Source: an uncultured Gemmatimonadaceae bacterium
Lineage (GTDB): Bacteria; Gemmatimonadota; Gemmatimonadetes; Gemmatimonadales; Gemmatimonadaceae
Direction of reading: 5' to 3'
Assembly (NCBI GenBank): GCA_963761305.1
Contig: CAVXGK010000002.1
Coordinates: 1,120,001 to 1,184,000 of the forward strand
DNA length: 64,000 bases
The translations under genes were made by a program, and so were the position numbers. Positions 20,294 to 31,036 of this stretch are shown here, in pieces. The number at the start of each line of letters is the position of its first letter. Positions within the stretch are counted from its first letter, which is position 1. Under the pieces are notes generated by a model. The model saw only the letters and a list, made by a program, of their open reading frames with translations, searched no databases and had not been told where the DNA came from.

Positions 20294-22914
20294 CGGCCGA
20301 ACGCCGCTTGGAATGTCGGGTCGCGGCGAACCAAGTCCCACGTCGGATCCGCTCTTATCAGCGCCGGCGTCACCAGGAACCCCGAGCCCTGACTTCCGAG
20401 GGCGTTGCGGAGTGCACGCGCCGTTTCAGGTTCGCTGCCGATCGATGCGAACGCCTGGGCAAGCGTCAGCCAGGGCGTGACGCCGAGCTCGAATGGGATT
20501 CGACCCGTCCGCGCCAGGGAGTCCACGGTGCGTGCGAACTTCGTCGTCTCTGCCGGGCGGCCCGCGCGCGCGTTCGCCAGCGCCAACTCAGCGTAGGACT
20601 GGATCGGCGTGAGCGCACCGGGGAGTTGTTGGACGAGCAGCGCGATCGCTTTCTCGTAGAGCGGCGCCGCGGCGCCGTGCGCGCCGGCCAACCAGAGGAC
20701 GTTGCCGCGGGTCTCGGCGATCTGGAGCGTGGACATGCCGGGCAGCGACTCGAGTCGAGCCGACAACGTTCGGGCCGAAGCAAAGTCGCGTTTCACCAGC
20801 AACGCCGCGACGCGCGCCGCAATCAGAAGGGACGTTCCTTGTATGTCAGCCGGCCCGCGGTCGAGCGCCGCCAGGGCGGCCGTGGCGTCGCCGCGATCCA
20901 GCAGCTCGATCGCCGACAAAAAGGAATATGCCTCGGCTGTCGCGGAGTTTATGGCGAGCGCGCGTTCGATCGCGGGCCGCGCCGCTGCGTAGTCGCCGCC
21001 GGCTGCGTACTCGACCGCAAGCTGCGAAGGCCAGTGCGGGTTGCGCGGGTCGAGAACCATCGCGCGCCGCAGGCCCGCCTGCGCCTGCGCGCTGTCGTTC
21101 TGCATCATTCGAATGAAGGCGATGGCCGCTGCGACGTCGGCGCTGTTGGGAAGATCCGCCGCCGCGACCTCGTACTCGGCCAGCGCTTTCTCGATGTCCT
21201 GATGGCCCCATCGGTACACGTATCCGAGCACGAGGTGCGCCTGCGGCAGCCCCGGTTGCAATGCCAGCGCCTTGCGTACGTTCGCTTCCGATTTCCGCAT
21301 CATCTCCCGCGAGCGATCGATGCCGGTCCAGAAGAGGAGCGCCTGATCGAACGCCAACTCCGAGTACGCCAGTGCGAACGTCGAGTCCTGATGAATCGCC
21401 TTCTCGTACTCGGCGATCGCGAGGGAGATTGCGCCAAAACCGCCGGCGCCAAGCGCCTCGCCCCCGTAGTGCTGTGCCTTCAGATAGGAGTCATACGCGA
21501 TCGGATCGCGCGTCGGCGCGGCGGCGAGGGTTGCCGACTCCGCGGGGTCGAGGCGGAGTTGGAGCGCGTCGGCCACTTGCTCGGCGACGTCGCTCTCGAC
21601 GGCGAAGACGTTCTTGATGTCTCGGTCGTAGCTGTGCGCCCAGATGTGGCTGTCCGATGCCGCGTCGATCAGCTGCACGTTGACTCGCACCTGGTCGCCG
21701 GCGCGCTGCACGCTGCCCTCGAGGATGGTGGCGACGCCCAAGTCGTTGGCGACCTGTTTCAGGTTCCCCGGCTTGGCCGCGTACTGCATGGTGGACGTGC
21801 GTGAAATCACAGTGAGCTTGCCCAGGCCCGCGAGCTTCGTGAGGATTTCGTCCTGCACACCGGCCGCGAAATACGTCATGCCCGTGTCGGTGGCCAGATT
21901 CTCGAATGGCAATACCGCGATGGACCGTCGCTTCGCCGCGGCAGCCGGCCCGCCGGCTGCCGTCGTCTTCGTCGCGCGCCTTTCGGCGATCACCCACGCA
22001 CTGATCGCTGCCACCAGCAACAACGCGGTACCGGCGCCGTACGTCGAGGCGCGGCGCGTGTTCCTCCGAGGTGACGCGGCTGCCGGCTGTGGCGCCGTCA
22101 ACGCCTGCGCAAACTCGGCTGCCGTGTCGAAACGATCGGCCGGGGCTTTCGCCAGCGCCTTCGTGATCGCCGCATCGACGGCGGCCGGAACCGAACCCCG
22201 CACGGCTCGCGGCGACGGCGGGCGCTCACTCACGACCTTCGCGATGACGATCTGTGGATTGGATCCGAGAAACGGCGGGTCACCGACCAGCATTTCATAT
22301 AGAAGGGCGCCGAGCGCGTGGATGTCGCTTCGTCCATCCAGTGTCCGCTCGCCGGCCGCCTGCTCGGGACTCATGTACTCCGGCGTCCCGAGAGACACGC
22401 CGGTGCCCGTGATCCGCTCCGTCCCCGGTGTACCGGCGCCCAGCGCAATCCCGAAATCGGCGACCGACGCTTGGTCGTCGTGCAGCAGAATGTTCTCCGG
22501 CTTGATGTCGCGGTGGATCACGCCTTGCCGGTGCGCGTAGTCCAGCGCCGCGGCGATCTGCGCCGCCAGCGACACAGCCTCATCGACCGGCAGTTGGCGT
22601 TGGCGCATCAGCCGATCGCGCAATGACTCGCCGCTCATGTACGGCATCACATAGTACAACCGGTCGCCGGCCTCACCGGAATCGAGCAGCGGGAGGATGT
22701 GCGGGTGGGTCAGGTTTGCCGTCAGCTCGATCTCCTTTAGAAAACGCTCATGGCCGAGCACCGCCGAGAGTTGCGCGCGGAGCACCTTGATCGCGACTTT
22801 GCGGTGGTGCTTCAGGTCTTCGGCGAGATAGACCGTCGCCGTGCCGCCCGCGCCCAGCTCCCGCTCGACGCGGTAGCGATCGGCCAGCGCGGCGCGGACG
22901 GCGTCGTCGCTCAT
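20290..22914 (-). CDS. Ser/Thr protein kinase - TM - TolB-N-like domain - TPR
   Basis: GAGGTATVY, VAIK, HRDIKPEN, DFG, GTPEYMSPE; SIAVLPFEN...VISRTS..LEGSV; TPRs; start ATG 22914 by ATGA overlap. Confidence 0.95.
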   Translation of the reverse strand: MSDDAVRAALADRYRVERELGAGGTATVYLAEDLKHHRKVAIKVLRAQLSAVLGHERFLKEIELTANLTHPHILPLLDSGEAGDRLYYVMPYMSGESLRDRLMRQRQLPVDEAVSLAAQIAAALDYAHRQGVIHRDIKPENILLHDDQASVADFGIALGAGTPGTERITGTGVSLGTPEYMSPEQAAGERTLDGRSDIHALGALLYEMLVGDPPFLGSNPQIVIAKVVSERPPSPRAVRGSVPAAVDAAITKALAKAPADRFDTAAEFAQALTAPQPAAASPRRNTRRASTYGAGTALLLVAAISAWVIAERRATKTTAAGGPAAAAKRRSIAVLPFENLATDTGMTYFAAGVQDEILTKLAGLGKLTVISRTSTMQYAAKPGNLKQVANDLGVATILEGSVQRAGDQVRVNVQLIDAASDSHIWAHSYDRDIKNVFAVESDVAEQVADALQLRLDPAESATLAAAPTRDPIAYDSYLKAQHYGGEALGAGGFGAISLAIAEYEKAIHQDSTFALAYSELAFDQALLFWTGIDRSREMMRKSEANVRKALALQPGLPQAHLVLGYVYRWGHQDIEKALAEYEVAAADLPNSADVAAAIAFIRMMQNDSAQAQAGLRRAMVLDPRNPHWPSQLAVEYAAGGDYAAARPAIERALAINSATAEAYSFLSAIELLDRGDATAALAALDRGPADIQGTSLLIAARVAALLVKRDFASARTLSARLESLPGMSTLQIAETRGNVLWLAGAHGAAAPLYEKAIALLVQQLPGALTPIQSYAELALANARAGRPAETTKFARTVDSLARTGRIPFELGVTPWLTLAQAFASIGSEPETARALRNALGSQGSGFLVTPALIRADPTWDLVRRDPTFQAAFGR

Positions 22915-25490
22915 CGCGCCACGCCGGCGGCGCGAACGAGCGAGTCCACTTCCCTCGCCCAGTTGACGACGAGGATTGGCGGACCATGCGGCGCCGTCGT
23001 CTGCCAGTAGATGCGTCCATCGCGCGGTCCGACGGCCCACCGCGTCGTGGCGCCGGGCGGCGGCGGCTCCGGCGCGACGGGCGATCCGATCGACAGCGAC
23101 GCTCCGCGTGTTATGGCAACGCTCATGACCGTGCTCGGCGTACCTCGTTCTTCCCCAACTTGACCCTGGTAGAACACTGCTCGGCCGTCCGGACCCCATT
23201 GCGGAAAGACGCCGGGCGCGACGTCCCAGAGCCCCGCTGCCGGCGGTACCGCGGCGATCATCACTCGCCTGTTTCGTTGGAAGGCGACGTAGCGACCGTC
23301 GGGCGAGAGACGCGGGCTGTTGCCAACGGCGACGGACGTGGCGTGGAGCGCTCCCTTGGCGAGCCACCAGATTTTGCCCGCTGCCCCGTAGGCAAGGCCA
23401 CTGGGGCTCACGTCGACACCGAGGGTAGTCGGATCATCAGGAAGGTGGAAAGGCGCGATCCCGGCGCTCCCGTCGACGTGAACCACATAGAGCGTCGGCA
23501 CGAATCGCGCGCTGTCGCGCGTTGCTGCTCGAAGAACGAGCACTTCGGCGTCGCTCATCCAGGCGAGGGGTGCGTACGTTCCCGCGGGAACGATGAGTTG
23601 CCGGTTCCTGCCGTCGCGTTCAACCACCGTGAGCCCGCCGCCATCGGTGACGACAATGCGATTTCCGTCCGGGCTGATGCTGAACGATCCCTCTGGCTTC
23701 CCGCTGGCCAGCACGAATCTCGATGCGCCCGGCGCCGCTGTTCCGATCGCCCACCCCCCGGTCGGCGCTGGATCATACAACAACGTTCCGTTTCGACTCA
23801 CGGTGAACAAGTCGGCGCCTCGCAGCACCGGCACCGGAGCGTCTGCGAACCGCAGATCTCCAGGGGAAAGGCGGGCAGCCAGTATCGTCGAGCCGGTGTC
23901 CTTGAAGACGACGTAGCCGTTCGGCAAATACTGCGGCTCGGATCCCTCGCCGAGAATCGCCGTTCGACGACTGACGAGGTCCAATATGCCGACTTCCGGA
24001 GTCGCGATGTGTCGCGCGATCTGGAACAGCACGGCGCGGTCATTCGGCAGCACCACGCCCAACGAGTGTCGCGTTTCCCCGCGACTCGTGTCCGGTATCG
24101 TCAACCGCTCGAGTCGTTGCCCGTTGCGGGCGAGGCGCGCCAACCCCTGCGTGCGAATCAGCGTTCCGTAGAGGCGACCCGCCTCGTCTACGTCGACCCC
24201 GAGTTGCAGGGAATCGGTCCACACGCGCGCCGGCGCGCCAGTCAGCGATGCGACGTTGACCCGAATCGTGCTCGCGAACGAGTAGTACGCGATTCCCGAG
24301 CGATCCGGGAGCACCCTCGCGCCGACTGCCGCATTGGGGGTCGCAATAAATCTGGGCTGCGCTCCAGAGAACGACTGCACCCAGATCCCTCGGCCGCCCG
24401 GACCGTCGCCGATGAACGCGTAGCCCGACCCATCGGGGAACAGACCTTCCGTTTCATTCCGCAGCGAGGTCGCGCCGGGAATCGGCGGAACCGAAAAACG
24501 GAGCACGGGATCCGCGGCCGTCGCCGTGGTTGCAACCGACGGCGGCCACGCACGCCCGACGAACAACCCGAGTGCCGCGACCCCGACTACCCCTGCCGCG
24601 ATCATCAGGCGCGATCGTCGCGAGGTCGACCGCGCCGCCGCCGCCCGCGTCGCGACGTCGCTCGTGTACTGCGGATTCTCAAGGGCGGCGGCGAAATCTT
24701 CCGCGCTCGCGAACCGGTCGGCCGGAATCCGCTGCAGCGCGGTACGCACGGCCGCATCGACATTGCCGGGCACCGTGCGCCGGAGGGCGATGAGCGATTT
24801 CGCATCCTCCGTCATCACCTTGGCGATGATCGCCTGCGCCGTCGGACCTGTGTGCGGCGGCTCGCCGCTCAACATCTCGAACGTCACGACACCGAGCGAA
24901 TAGATGTCGGACCGCGGACCGATCTCGCGCTCCCCCGCCGCCTGCTCGGGCGACATGTACTGCGGCGTCCCGAGCGAGAGGCCCGTCTGCGTCATTCGCG
25001 CACCGCTCGCGTGTTGCACGGCAAGCGCGATGCCGAAGTCTGCCACGAGACAGTGCCCGCCCTGCAGCAGGATGTTCTCCGGCTTGACGTCCCGGTGTAC
25101 GACTCCGCGCTCGTGCGCGTACGCCAGCGCGTCGGCAACCTCGGTGGCAATGCGCAGCGCGTCGGCGACCGGCAGTTGCTTCTCGCGCGTCAACCGATCC
25201 CGCAAGCTCTCGCCGTCGACCGCCGGCATGACGTAGTACAGCAACCCCTCGGCCGAGCCAGAATCGAACAAGGGCAGGATGTGCGGATGCTGCAAGTTGG
25301 CCGTGAGTTCGATCTCTTTGAGAAAACGCTCACTCCCCAATACGGCCGAGAGCTCGGCGTGCAGCACTTTGATCGCGACCTTGCGATGGTGCTTGTGATC
25401 CTCGGCGAGATACACGGTCGCCATTCCGCCGGCGCCCAACTCGCGCTGGATGCGGTAGCGATCTGAAAGCGCCGCGTCGAGCGCCGTCAT
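22911..25490 (-). CDS. Ser/Thr protein kinase - TM - beta-propeller (PD40/WD40-like)
   Basis: GAGGMATVY, HRDVKPEN, DFG, GTPQYMSPE; SISPDG, PRLSPDG, PQWGPDG repeats. Confidence 0.95.
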   Translation of the reverse strand: MTALDAALSDRYRIQRELGAGGMATVYLAEDHKHHRKVAIKVLHAELSAVLGSERFLKEIELTANLQHPHILPLFDSGSAEGLLYYVMPAVDGESLRDRLTREKQLPVADALRIATEVADALAYAHERGVVHRDVKPENILLQGGHCLVADFGIALAVQHASGARMTQTGLSLGTPQYMSPEQAAGEREIGPRSDIYSLGVVTFEMLSGEPPHTGPTAQAIIAKVMTEDAKSLIALRRTVPGNVDAAVRTALQRIPADRFASAEDFAAALENPQYTSDVATRAAAARSTSRRSRLMIAAGVVGVAALGLFVGRAWPPSVATTATAADPVLRFSVPPIPGATSLRNETEGLFPDGSGYAFIGDGPGGRGIWVQSFSGAQPRFIATPNAAVGARVLPDRSGIAYYSFASTIRVNVASLTGAPARVWTDSLQLGVDVDEAGRLYGTLIRTQGLARLARNGQRLERLTIPDTSRGETRHSLGVVLPNDRAVLFQIARHIATPEVGILDLVSRRTAILGEGSEPQYLPNGYVVFKDTGSTILAARLSPGDLRFADAPVPVLRGADLFTVSRNGTLLYDPAPTGGWAIGTAAPGASRFVLASGKPEGSFSISPDGNRIVVTDGGGLTVVERDGRNRQLIVPAGTYAPLAWMSDAEVLVLRAATRDSARFVPTLYVVHVDGSAGIAPFHLPDDPTTLGVDVSPSGLAYGAAGKIWWLAKGALHATSVAVGNSPRLSPDGRYVAFQRNRRVMIAAVPPAAGLWDVAPGVFPQWGPDGRAVFYQGQVGEERGTPSTVMSVAITRGASLSIGSPVAPEPPPPGATTRWAVGPRDGRIYWQTTAPHGPPILVVNWAREVDSLVRAAGVAR

Positions 25491-28183
25491 CGCGACGTCA
25501 GTTGCGCGATTCCTAACGTGCTTTCGTGATGTACCATCCGCTCGTAGACGCGCCCATTCACCACGGCGAATCGCGCTCGGTTCGACGTCGGACGATTCGG
25601 GTCATCGAACCGCACCAGCAGTCGGGGCCGCCCGGCGACGACGGGAACCGACCAGATCGTCGCCACTTCGGCCGAGTCGATGGCGCGATAGTAGAGCGAT
25701 CTCGAGTCGTCGCTCCAGATGATGCGCACGGGTCGCGGAGTGCTCGGCGACGCGCCGCCGCGGACCAGAACGCGCGGAACGCCTCCCGCCGCGGGAATCA
25801 CCGCGACGCCAAGCGAGTCGGCGCCGGCCCCGATCAGCGTTTGGTACGCGATCAGGGTTCCATCCGGCGACCAGACGGGGAACGCCCCGCCCTTCGTGCT
25901 CCCGAGCGGAATCGGGTGGCCCCATTGGGCGTCGCCTCGGCGTACGATGGCGAGCTCGCGCGCCGGATCCGGGCGATTGCCGGAGAGGACGAGCGCTTGG
26001 CCGTCCGGCGCCCAGTCCGACCGAATGTACCATGCGTCGGTCATGATCGGTCGGGACGGCCCGCCCGTGGCGGCGATCGTATAGAGGATTGGATCTACAA
26101 CATTATGATATGCAATCTCACGACCGTCCTTCGACCACGCCGGCGCGAAGTCGTCGATGGTGTCGGTGGTGACCCGGGCTGCCGGACCATCCTGGATCGG
26201 CACCAGATAGACGTTCGAGTGGCCGCTTCGGTTGGATGTGATCAACAGATTGCGATGATCCAACGTCGACATCACCTCTTCGATCACGTCCGTGCCGTGG
26301 GTGACTTGCGTGGCTTGGCTCGCCAACGCGACGCCAGTCGACGCGAGCGGGACGCTCCACACGTTCGCGGACATGGAATACGACGAGTACGCCAGCGTCC
26401 GACCATCCGCGCTCAGCGAGATGCTGTGCGCACGGAGTCCAGTCGTCAACCGCGTGGCCGCGGCGGCCGGTCGGCCATCCGCGCCGATCGCCACGGAGTA
26501 GACGTCACGGCCGCCCTCGCGGTCGGAAATGAAGAGGACCGTCCGACTGTCGGGGAGCCACACTGGACTGAGCTCAAACAGCCCGCGTCGTGGGGTGAGC
26601 TTCGACGCGTGACGGCCGTCCGCGGAGAAGACCCCGATGCTCGCGCTGTTCGTGTTGCCGAGGTTGTTGCGGCTGAACGCAAACTCTTCGTTGCCGATCG
26701 TGGCGGCGATCCAGCGTCCGTCCGGAGACCAGCGGAGATCGTAGGCCTGGGGGACTCCGACCTTCGCCACACTGTCCGTCGGCGCGATCACGGTGCTCGT
26801 GCCCGTAGCCAGATCGAGGATGTTGATTGCGGCGCCGGAGCTGTACGCGAGCCGTCGTCCGTCCGGCGACCACGCGGGCGACGGAGCGACGATGCCACGC
26901 GACGAGATCGCCACGACACGCTGCGCGGTTCCGCCAAGCGCCGGCACGACGTAGATGCCGTCCTCGCCGGCGAACGCAATGCGCTGGCCGTCGGGCGACC
27001 ACTGCGGCCAGCGTTGATTCCCGGGAACGTCCGGCGCGAGCGCGAGCGTGCGGTCGGCGTCCGTTTGACGGACGACAATTCGCATCATGCTCGGCGGACC
27101 AGCGGCGTAGCTGATGAAGCGTCCATCCGGCGAGAGCGCGGGATCGAGATACAGGCCCGCATCGGTCGTCAGCGTGTGTGTGGCACCAATGCCAAGTTGG
27201 GCGGAATGGCGCCGTGCGACGAACGCGACGACGCCGGCCGCGACGATCGCCACGGTTGCCGCGGCGTACCACGTCGTCCGTTTCGACGGCCGCGGGGCGC
27301 CGAATGGCCGCATCTCGGCCGGCGTCGTCCCAGGGCTCGGCGTCCTGAGTGGTTCGAGCACCGCGTGCAACTCGCCGGCGCTCTGAAACCGATCCGCCGG
27401 ACGCTTCGCCAGACATCGCATGATGATCTGGTCGAGCGCCAAAGGAATCGCCGGACGGCGACGAGCCATCGAGTCGGGTGCTTCGGTTACATGGGCGGCG
27501 AGCACCTGCTGCGGCGTTGCACCTGTGAATGGCGGTCTGCCGGTCAGCAATTCGTATGCGACGACGCCGACCGAGTAGATGTCGCTGCGGTGATCGACGT
27601 GCGGGTCAGCCGCGGCTTGTTCCGGCGACATGTAGGTCGGCGTGCCGACGGCGACACCGAGAGTTGTGACGGTGTTGCGCCCGGTCGCTTCGCTGATTGC
27701 CTTGGCCACGCCAAAGTCGGTCACCAAGGCGTGGCGGCCGGAGAGCATCACGTTGTCGGGCTTGATATCGCGGTGGACGACGCCGTGTTCGTGCGCGTGC
27801 GCGAGTGCGTCGACCACTTCGGTGATGAGCTGTACCGCCTCGTGTACCGGCAATTCGCCTTCGCGTGCCAGTCGCTCGCGCAACGATTGCCCGGCCACGT
27901 AGGGCATCACGAAATACAAAAGACCGGCGGCGCTGCCGGAGTCCAGCAGCGGCAAAATGTTCGGGTGCTGCAGTTGAGCGGCGATCTTGATCTCGCGCAG
28001 GAAGCGACCCGCGCCGAGGGAGGCGGACAGATCCTCGCGCAACACCTTGATGGCGACCTGGCGTTCGTGCTTGAGATCCTCCGCGAGATAGACCGTCGCC
28101 ATGCCGCCCGCGCCGAGCTCGCGCTCGATGCGGTAGCGGTCGCCGAGCGACCGAGCCAAACCTTCGTGCACGTCAGACGTCAC
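25487..28183 (-). CDS. Ser/Thr protein kinase - TM - TolB-like PD40 beta-propeller
   Basis: HRDIKPDN, DFGVAK, GTPTYMSPE; many P.WSPDG repeats; start GTG 28183 by GTGA overlap. Confidence 0.95.
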   Translation of the reverse strand: MTSDVHEGLARSLGDRYRIERELGAGGMATVYLAEDLKHERQVAIKVLREDLSASLGAGRFLREIKIAAQLQHPNILPLLDSGSAAGLLYFVMPYVAGQSLRERLAREGELPVHEAVQLITEVVDALAHAHEHGVVHRDIKPDNVMLSGRHALVTDFGVAKAISEATGRNTVTTLGVAVGTPTYMSPEQAAADPHVDHRSDIYSVGVVAYELLTGRPPFTGATPQQVLAAHVTEAPDSMARRRPAIPLALDQIIMRCLAKRPADRFQSAGELHAVLEPLRTPSPGTTPAEMRPFGAPRPSKRTTWYAAATVAIVAAGVVAFVARRHSAQLGIGATHTLTTDAGLYLDPALSPDGRFISYAAGPPSMMRIVVRQTDADRTLALAPDVPGNQRWPQWSPDGQRIAFAGEDGIYVVPALGGTAQRVVAISSRGIVAPSPAWSPDGRRLAYSSGAAINILDLATGTSTVIAPTDSVAKVGVPQAYDLRWSPDGRWIAATIGNEEFAFSRNNLGNTNSASIGVFSADGRHASKLTPRRGLFELSPVWLPDSRTVLFISDREGGRDVYSVAIGADGRPAAAATRLTTGLRAHSISLSADGRTLAYSSYSMSANVWSVPLASTGVALASQATQVTHGTDVIEEVMSTLDHRNLLITSNRSGHSNVYLVPIQDGPAARVTTDTIDDFAPAWSKDGREIAYHNVVDPILYTIAATGGPSRPIMTDAWYIRSDWAPDGQALVLSGNRPDPARELAIVRRGDAQWGHPIPLGSTKGGAFPVWSPDGTLIAYQTLIGAGADSLGVAVIPAAGGVPRVLVRGGASPSTPRPVRIIWSDDSRSLYYRAIDSAEVATIWSVPVVAGRPRLLVRFDDPNRPTSNRARFAVVNGRVYERMVHHESTLGIAQLTSR

Positions 28184-30798
28184 CGTCGCACGATTCGCAG
28201 GAGCCAAGCGTCGCCGTGGAAATCGCTCGTCTTGACGGCGATGTGGCGCGCCCGCCGGTCAACCGAGCTCGCTTCCACGTCGCGCGGGATCGCGCCGAAT
28301 TTCGCCATTCGCCCGGGAGACGAGAGGCGATACAGCGTCAGGGCCCCCTCCGAGGACACGTCGGCCATCAGCGACCCGTCGTCTCCCCACTGAAGATCCA
28401 CCTCCGTCGCTCGAAACGCTTCCCACTGCGTGACGACACCGCTGTCGAGTGAGAGCACGAAGACGCCGAGTGAATCGACAGTGCTCGCGGCGGTGGTCAC
28501 GAGTGCCACACGATGCCCGTGAGGATCGAACGTGATTCCGACCAGCGCGCCCGCCCCCGCCGGCTTGGCGTACTTGCGCGTCTGCCCGGCGACGCGCGTG
28601 ACGACCTCCGCCCCGCCACGCGGCAACCACGCCCAGCCGCCCGGGATGTGATCGACGCTGTAGGGCAGCGAGTCTGGAATATAAGTTTCCTCACGCTCGA
28701 CCCCTGTTTGGGCGTCGTGTAATACGAGGCGCTGGCCCCTCTCGGTCACCGCGCTCAACGCCAGCGTTACGGAGTCGATCCACCAGGCGGCGGCGATCTT
28801 GCCGAGTGTGTTGACAGCCATTTCGCCTCCACCACGGAAGGGCGTGACGGTCACGCGGTGTTCCGTGCCGCCGGACGGCAAGGGAAAGGTGCGATCGAAC
28901 AGGAGGCGCCCTCCATCCGGCGACGTCTGGACGGCGATCGGCATGGACGCCCGCGCAACGCGGTTCGAATCGGCGAATCGGCCGGCCAGCGCGTCGGCAA
29001 GGTCCAGCGCCCATACAGAGTATTCCGTGGTGCCCGCGCTCGCGACGAGGCCCGTTCCGTCCGCGGTGATCGAGGGGATACGCCCGCCGGCAGAGACATG
29101 GATCGTGTCGAGGTGCGTCCCGACGCGGCCGGTCTTTGGATCGACTGGGACGCGGATCAGAAAGAGAGGTGAAACCGAACTCACGAGCCAGATGGCTTCG
29201 CTCGATGCGGTGAGTACGCCGCAGTTGCAGAGCGACGGCGCCGCCCGGTCAATGACGCGGCCTCGTCGGTCAACGATCGCCCAATGGATTTCGCGAGGAG
29301 TGAACCTGATCGTGCTGGCGACAATCCAGGGCGTGTTGGGAACTGCGACGGCGTCAGCAATTCCGCCGGTAGTACCCAGGACCCGAATGCTGTCGTGTAC
29401 GACGCCGTCGAGCGACGCGATGCGGATCCAGAATATCGAATCGGTATGAAAACCGGACCCCAGGAGGAGCGAGTCGCCTTCCGAGTAGAAGTCGACCGCC
29501 AAACTCCTGAACAGCTGGCTGACGAGTCGGGGCGCCCCCCCGAGCATGGGGATCAGGTAAGTTCCCGTCACACCGCCCAATGTTGCGTTTCTGACGAGCA
29601 GACTTCGGCGATCAGGGCTCCACTCGAGGATCCCGTCTGTTTCCACGTTGTCGAGCATCACGTGCTTCGCGGAGCGGCCAACGTCCTGGATCACCACCGA
29701 GTAGGAACAGCCGCGTGACTCGCACCGCTTCGTGAAATACGCAAGCTGCTTTCCATCGCCCGAGATGGCCGGGGCGATGACATCTCCCGTCGTGGTGAGT
29801 TGAATCCGGTCGCCTGCGGCGAAGGTTGGCCCGCGCCGTCGCACGGCGAACATCGTTGCGACTGCCGCAGCCATCAGCACGGCCGCGACAACCGCCACGG
29901 TGAGGATCGCCCGCACGCGCCGAGGTCGGGCTGGTACCGCCACCGTCCCCGCGAAACCGGCCTGAATCGCGCCGACGAATTCTCCAGCCGACGAAAACCG
30001 ATCGGCCGGCGTCTTGGCCAACGCCTTCGTCACCGCATCGCTCACATTCGCCGGCACCGTGTCGCGCAACACGTTCAGCGCCGTCGGCCGCTCCGTCAGC
30101 AACTTCGCGATCATCGCCTGCGCAGTCGCCCCGCTCACCGGCGGCTCCCCCGCCACCATCTCATAGAACACCGCCGCCAACGAGTACACGTCGCTCCGCG
30201 CGTCCAGCTGCCGGTTCCCCGTCGCCTGCTCGGGACTCATGTACTGCGGCGTTCCCAGCGACAGCCCCGATTGTGTGAGGCGATTCCCGCCCGCCTCTCG
30301 CACGGCGAGCGCAATTCCAAAGTCCGCCAACAGCGCGTGCCCGTCCCGCAGCAAGATGTTCTCCGGCTTGATGTCGCGGTGGATCACGCCCTGTTTGTGC
30401 GCGTAGTCCAGCGCATCGGCCACCTCGCTCGTGATCCGCACCGCGTCGGGCATCGCCAGCTGCGTCTCGCGCGTGAGCCGCGCCCGCAGCGTTTCGCCGT
30501 CGACGTACGGCATCACGTAGTACAGCAACCCCTCCGCACTACCGGAGTCGAAGAGCGGCAGGATGTGCGGATGCTGAAGTCCCGCCGTGAGCTCGATCTC
30601 TTTCAGAAAACGCTCACCGCCGAGCACCGCCGACAGCTCCGCGTGCAGCACCTTGACGGCGACCTCGCGGTGGTGCTTGATATCCTCGGCGAGATACACG
30701 GTGGCCATCCCGCCCGCGCCGAGCTCGCGCTCGACGCGGTAGCGATCGGCGAGCAGGTGCGAAAAGGCACCGGCGCTGCCGGAACGTTCTTGGCTCAC
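28180..30798 (-). CDS. Ser/Thr protein kinase - TM - divergent beta-propeller
   Basis: GAGGMATVY, HRDIKPEN, DFG, GTPQYMSPE; PAISGDG, EWSPD, TSPDG. Confidence 0.95.
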   Translation of the reverse strand: MSQERSGSAGAFSHLLADRYRVERELGAGGMATVYLAEDIKHHREVAVKVLHAELSAVLGGERFLKEIELTAGLQHPHILPLFDSGSAEGLLYYVMPYVDGETLRARLTRETQLAMPDAVRITSEVADALDYAHKQGVIHRDIKPENILLRDGHALLADFGIALAVREAGGNRLTQSGLSLGTPQYMSPEQATGNRQLDARSDVYSLAAVFYEMVAGEPPVSGATAQAMIAKLLTERPTALNVLRDTVPANVSDAVTKALAKTPADRFSSAGEFVGAIQAGFAGTVAVPARPRRVRAILTVAVVAAVLMAAAVATMFAVRRRGPTFAAGDRIQLTTTGDVIAPAISGDGKQLAYFTKRCESRGCSYSVVIQDVGRSAKHVMLDNVETDGILEWSPDRRSLLVRNATLGGVTGTYLIPMLGGAPRLVSQLFRSLAVDFYSEGDSLLLGSGFHTDSIFWIRIASLDGVVHDSIRVLGTTGGIADAVAVPNTPWIVASTIRFTPREIHWAIVDRRGRVIDRAAPSLCNCGVLTASSEAIWLVSSVSPLFLIRVPVDPKTGRVGTHLDTIHVSAGGRIPSITADGTGLVASAGTTEYSVWALDLADALAGRFADSNRVARASMPIAVQTSPDGGRLLFDRTFPLPSGGTEHRVTVTPFRGGGEMAVNTLGKIAAAWWIDSVTLALSAVTERGQRLVLHDAQTGVEREETYIPDSLPYSVDHIPGGWAWLPRGGAEVVTRVAGQTRKYAKPAGAGALVGITFDPHGHRVALVTTAASTVDSLGVFVLSLDSGVVTQWEAFRATEVDLQWGDDGSLMADVSSEGALTLYRLSSPGRMAKFGAIPRDVEASSVDRRARHIAVKTSDFHGDAWLLRIVRR

Positions 30799-30848
30799 GA
30801 TCAGGGTTGCGGAGAAGGCCGACGACGGAAGGCGAAGGGAGCTACGCG

Positions 30849-30877
30849 AATATGGACCCCCGGGGAGCGTCTGTCAC
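30849..30877 (-). promoter_or_regulatory. Putative sigma70-type promoter of the kinase operon
   Basis: Minus strand GTGACA-N17-CATATT, about 50 nt upstream of the first kinase start. Confidence 0.45.
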
Positions 30878-31036
30878 GCAAAGACCATCAGCCGGCGTCG
30901 CGCCGCGACACGGTCTGGTAACCTCTCGAATTCAGCAATCCTCGACGCCGTCCGTCCGGCTCAACTCCGCGAGCGCTGATGTTGCTGAACGAATGGAAAC
31001 CACTCCACATGGTGGGCGACGCTCTTCGGAGGCGTG

